Source: an uncultured bacterium (GTDB lineage: Bacteria > Krumholzibacteriota > Krumholzibacteriia > JACNKJ01). Taken from it: 64,000 nt of DNA. A model generated the notes under the pieces. It was not told the DNA's origin, ran no database searches, and saw only the letters and a list, made by a program, of their open reading frames with translations. Both the position numbers and the translations under genes were made by a program. The stretch is taken from assembly GCA_963695095.1 (NCBI GenBank), contig CAVOFT010000001.1:224001-288000 (forward strand), read 5' to 3'. Of this stretch, positions 61,701 to 64,000 are shown piece after piece (the stretch's first letter is position 1; each line of letters starts with the position of its first letter).

Positions 61701-62618
61701 GCCGGCCGCGAGCTGCTCGAAGTAGGCGGCGTCTTCACCGCTCAGCCCCAGCTCGGCGAGCATGTGCAGCTGGGAGGTCCGCGCCCCTTCGAGCACGCTG
61801 GCGAGGTGCCCCGGCGCGCTGAGGCGCTCGAGCATCGCGAACGCGGAGTTCTCATCCCGAACGGCGCTGAGCACCACCACGAGCTCGGCGATCTCGCCGG
61901 CGGCCAGGACCAGCTCCCGCCGCAGGCAGAGGCCTGGGTCCAGCACGCTGCCCGTGCGGCCGCCGAGCTCGGCCAGGGCGGGCGCGATGCTCGCCAGGCG
62001 GGCGCTCGCGGCGCGGGGCAGCAGCCGGCTCCGGTCGCTCTCGTGGGCGATCGGCGCGCTGCCCGGCATGGCCAGGACCAGGGGCGGCGTCTCCTCCTCG
62101 GGCTGCCGCGGCCGGCGCCGGACGACGAGCGCCCTGGCATCGGGCAGCCACTCGGTCTGCAGGAAGAGCTTGGAGAAGACCGGATGGGCGGCGTGGGCCG
62201 CCGCCGGGAGCAGGACGGGTTCCAGGTAGGCGCTCAGCTCCAGGCGGCGGCTGCGGCCCCCTTGGTTTGTGACCCGGACCCGGCGCACTTCGAGGTCGAG
62301 ATCCGGATGGACGAGGACCTCCAGCTCCGTGTCGATCTCGCCCTGGCGGCCCGCCAGACGGGCGCTGCCCGCGCGCCAGCTCGCCGTGTAATCGGTTTCA
62401 GGCTCGCCGTCGCCCACGCCCAGGGGCCAGGCTCTCCGCTGTTCGACATCGCGCAGCAGGAGCTGCAAGCCGCCCCGCAGGTCCCAGCGGCCCCCATGGC
62501 AGTCGCTGAGGGAGAGCGCTCCCAGACGGGAAAATCCCGTGCCCATTGAAGTTAGGGCAACGGTGTAGCGCCCATTCGAGAGCAGGCGCGTGAGGGGAAG
62601 CCGCCCTGGACCCATCAT
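58779..62618 (-). CDS. GH94 glycoside phosphorylase resembling the C-terminal half of cyclic beta-1,2-glucan synthase (Cgs/NdvB)
   Basis: LLSNGRY, AHPVFSKLF, PWINVIANE, YQSGGAFGFRDQLQD, GDWNDGMN, GVRENGGQYTHA, GGWTWYTGS. Confidence 0.9.
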   Translation of the reverse strand: MMGPGRLPLTRLLSNGRYTVALTSMGTGFSRLGALSLSDCHGGRWDLRGGLQLLLRDVEQRRAWPLGVGDGEPETDYTASWRAGSARLAGRQGEIDTELEVLVHPDLDLEVRRVRVTNQGGRSRRLELSAYLEPVLLPAAAHAAHPVFSKLFLQTEWLPDARALVVRRRPRQPEEETPPLVLAMPGSAPIAHESDRSRLLPRAASARLASIAPALAELGGRTGSVLDPGLCLRRELVLAAGEIAELVVVLSAVRDENSAFAMLERLSAPGHLASVLEGARTSQLHMLAELGLSGEDAAYFEQLAAGLMLDHPALWPAAAQSVAPMPRALLQERLGLGPDRAFLLADERRLAAADLELLGRGQLYWHALALPLDLFTVGEEGGDGRDARPGSAIDGRRRLAAAEWSAAELQALEAAACCAPRDRLPVLSPVHGQAAPWPAAAAGPVDESAQSAMADPPESADLRCFNGYGGFSEDGREYVLRLPQRPGGLRLPPRPWINVIANESFGFLISETGAGSTWRGNSREHRLSPWANDPLLDPHSEAFYLRDEDSGDFWSLLPGPAPAAADYELRHGIGYSRCLLVHGGLEQATLLFAAQSDPLRLTHIRLRNLGSGRRRLSLWAHTLLSLGAPVGESRRHLLVSAGERAGDLRARRRGLASPIAFAALRTPGAAGEAQAGGDRAAFLGDGLDLASPAALRSGRLEASAAGDPCFTQRLQLELEPGASTELCFLFGEADSEDEILDICRRHEEPAAWRRAFSAVNASWRGLCDRLQVSTPAPELDLLVNAWLPYQTLSCRILGRSAGYQSGGAFGFRDQLQDAGALLLHEPELTRRQILLHAAHQLEAGDVMHWWHPLLELGLRTRFADDLLWLPLLAAEYLAATGDAGLLGESIDFLRARPLAPGEDEALLPLVPAGRPASLYEHCCRALDRSLTSGAHGLPLFGGGDWNDGMNRVGREGRGESVWMGFFLVTVIDAFLPLVAARADEERRLRYAQHRDALLLALEAAGWDGDWYRRGYYDSGAPLGSRESDECRIDALVQAWSVLSGAAPPERARRAMAAAEEQLVSEPEGLIRLLAPPFDRTAQDPGYIKGYLPGVRENGGQYTHAALWLVRAFAMLGRRDRVAPLLALLNPINRSATPADVARYQVEPYVMAADIYGVAPHVGRGGWTWYTGSSGWMLRVALESLLGLRLEGGLWLRLAPAIPDDWPGFEIRYRPPGEVAGTLYHIAVGNPQGCAEAVVACAVDGQSLPVERGQCRLPLLRDGREHRVAVTLGPDAGAAQ

Positions 62619-62749
62619 TCTCTCCGATCCGCGTCCCGCCGGTCTTGGCACCGCGATTTCCGGGGTCCCACCCTGACTTCTTACTACTGAGAGTCTCGGC
62701 GGCGCAAGCGCCGCCACAGCACCGAGGTGTTGACTTTCTTACCAGTTTA

Positions 62750-62763
62750 TGTAACCGTTTACA
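62750..62763. promoter_or_regulatory. LacI-type operator TGTAACCGTTTACA between divergent GH94 and lacI-family genes
   Basis: Near-perfect palindrome with central CG in an AT-rich patch; TTGACT at 62730-62735. Confidence 0.75.
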
Positions 62764-62821
62764 AGGGTGCTTCGCAGCTTGTCTACCCTTGCCTTCCTGG
62801 CGCCAGCGTCGAGGATTGCCC

Positions 62822-63919
62822 GTGGCTACCATTCGTGATGTCGCCGAGGCGGCCAGCGTTTCCATCGCCACCGTTTCCCGAGTCCTGAACAACAAGGCGA
62901 GGGTCAACGAGGAGACGGCGCGGCGCGTCTGGACGGCGGCCGCCGATCTTGACTACTCGCCCAACGAGGCCGCGCGCACGCTGACCACGAATCGCACGCG
63001 CGTCATCGGCGTCCTCCTGCCCGACCTGCACGGGGAGTTCTTCTCCGAGGTCATTCGCGGCATCGATCAGGCCGCGCGGGAGGCCAAGTATCAGATCCTC
63101 GTCTCCAGTTCACATGCGGATCACCAGGAGGTGATGACGGCGGCCAGGTCCATGCAGGGCCGCATCGACGGCCTCATCTTCATGGCCTCGGACAACGGAC
63201 TCGCGGAGGCCGTGGATCGCATCCAGGGCCGCATGCCGCTGGTGCTCATCAACCCGCGGCGCGTCGTCAAGGGCATGGCCTCCCTGCGCATCGGCAACTT
63301 CATGGGTGCGCGCGAGGCCGTGAGCCATCTCCTGCGGCTGGGCCACGAGGACATCGCCATCCTGAAGGGCCCCAGCGGCAACATCGACGCCGAGGAGCGC
63401 CTGCGGGGCTATCGCCATGCCCTGGCGGCGGCGGGCCGGGATCTGGGGGCTTCGCGGGAATTCCAGGGCGACTTCCGGGAGCCCTCGGGCTACCGCGCCG
63501 CCGCCGAAATCCTGGGCGGCCGCCAGCGGCCCTCGGCGGTCTTCGCCTGCAACGACATGATGGCGATCGCCCTCATCAGCGCCTTCGGCGGCGCCGGCCT
63601 GAAGGTGCCCGAGGACATCGCGGTCGTCGGCTTCGACGACATCGCCATCGCCCGGTTCATCCACCCGCCCCTGACGACCGTGCGCGTGGAGGCCCATCAG
63701 CTGGGCCAGCGCGCCCTGCGGCGCTTGATTGCCTCCCTGGGCGGAGACGAGACGGACGGCGCCGCGGAAGAGGTGCTCTCCGCCACGCTCGTCGTCCGCG
63801 AATCCTGCGGCGCCTATCTGGCCCGCCACAGCTCAACCACTTCCCGACGGGAAGAGCCCCTGGTGATGCACGGCTCGCCAGCCGCCGAGGGCTCGGCCCC
63901 TGACGCAAAGGGAGACTGA
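62822..63919 (+). CDS. LacI-family transcriptional regulator
   Basis: ATIRDVAEAASVSIATVSRVLN, FACNDMMA, VVGFDD, PPLTTV; GTG start after gagga. Confidence 0.95.
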   Translation: MATIRDVAEAASVSIATVSRVLNNKARVNEETARRVWTAAADLDYSPNEAARTLTTNRTRVIGVLLPDLHGEFFSEVIRGIDQAAREAKYQILVSSSHADHQEVMTAARSMQGRIDGLIFMASDNGLAEAVDRIQGRMPLVLINPRRVVKGMASLRIGNFMGAREAVSHLLRLGHEDIAILKGPSGNIDAEERLRGYRHALAAAGRDLGASREFQGDFREPSGYRAAAEILGGRQRPSAVFACNDMMAIALISAFGGAGLKVPEDIAVVGFDDIAIARFIHPPLTTVRVEAHQLGQRALRRLIASLGGDETDGAAEEVLSATLVVRESCGAYLARHSSTTSRREEPLVMHGSPAAEGSAPDAKGD

Positions 63920-63920
63920 G

Positions 63921-64000
63921 ATGAGAACGTCGGCAGTCACACTGATCGTCGCAGCGCTGCTCTGCGGGCTGGTGCTGCCCGCGGTCGGCCAGATCGAGGG
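63921..64000 (+). CDS. Secreted protein, 3' partial
   Basis: RBS ggag, signal peptide MRTSAVTLIVAALLCGLVLPAVG; runs off the window. Confidence 0.6.
   Translation, partial: MRTSAVTLIVAALLCGLVLPAVGQIE

Overview
High-GC bacterial chromosomal segment, probably from an FCB-group candidate lineage (Krumholzibacteriota/Latescibacterota/Eisenbacteria-like; inferred from three secreted proteins ending in a PNPFNPST...GVY...LLK FlgD-Ig/T9SS-type tail and one ending in an 'SFSAIKACY' tail). No rRNA, tRNA, CRISPR array or transposase was seen. Contents in order: ASPIC/UnbV protein end, AAA ATPase, XRE regulator plus conserved hypothetical, assorted enzymes, B12 radical SAM protein, a lower-GC island (about 10.3-12.2 kb) with two small secreted GDDxDxG-motif peptides in front of a TPR-sigma54 activator, an RND pump, a 1488-aa secreted metallopeptidase-like protein, GT39/amidohydrolase/mqnD, a czcICBA-like metal efflux operon, elbB, a PstS-like/TPR/ExbB/ExbD/ExbD/TonB operon, and a probable beta-1,2-glucan utilisation locus (GH144-like, ABC transporter, discoidin-GH, SGNH, GH1, GH94, LacI). 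Many genes carry single-base frameshifts, most likely long-read assembly errors. Best candidates for novelty: (1) the peptide + TPR-sigma54 module, a possible RRNPP-like peptide signalling system; (2) a recurring intergenic palindrome TTGCCACGTGGCAA and a related TTGTACACGTGTACAA; (3) a LacI-type operator found three times, tying the TonB operon to the glucan locus.
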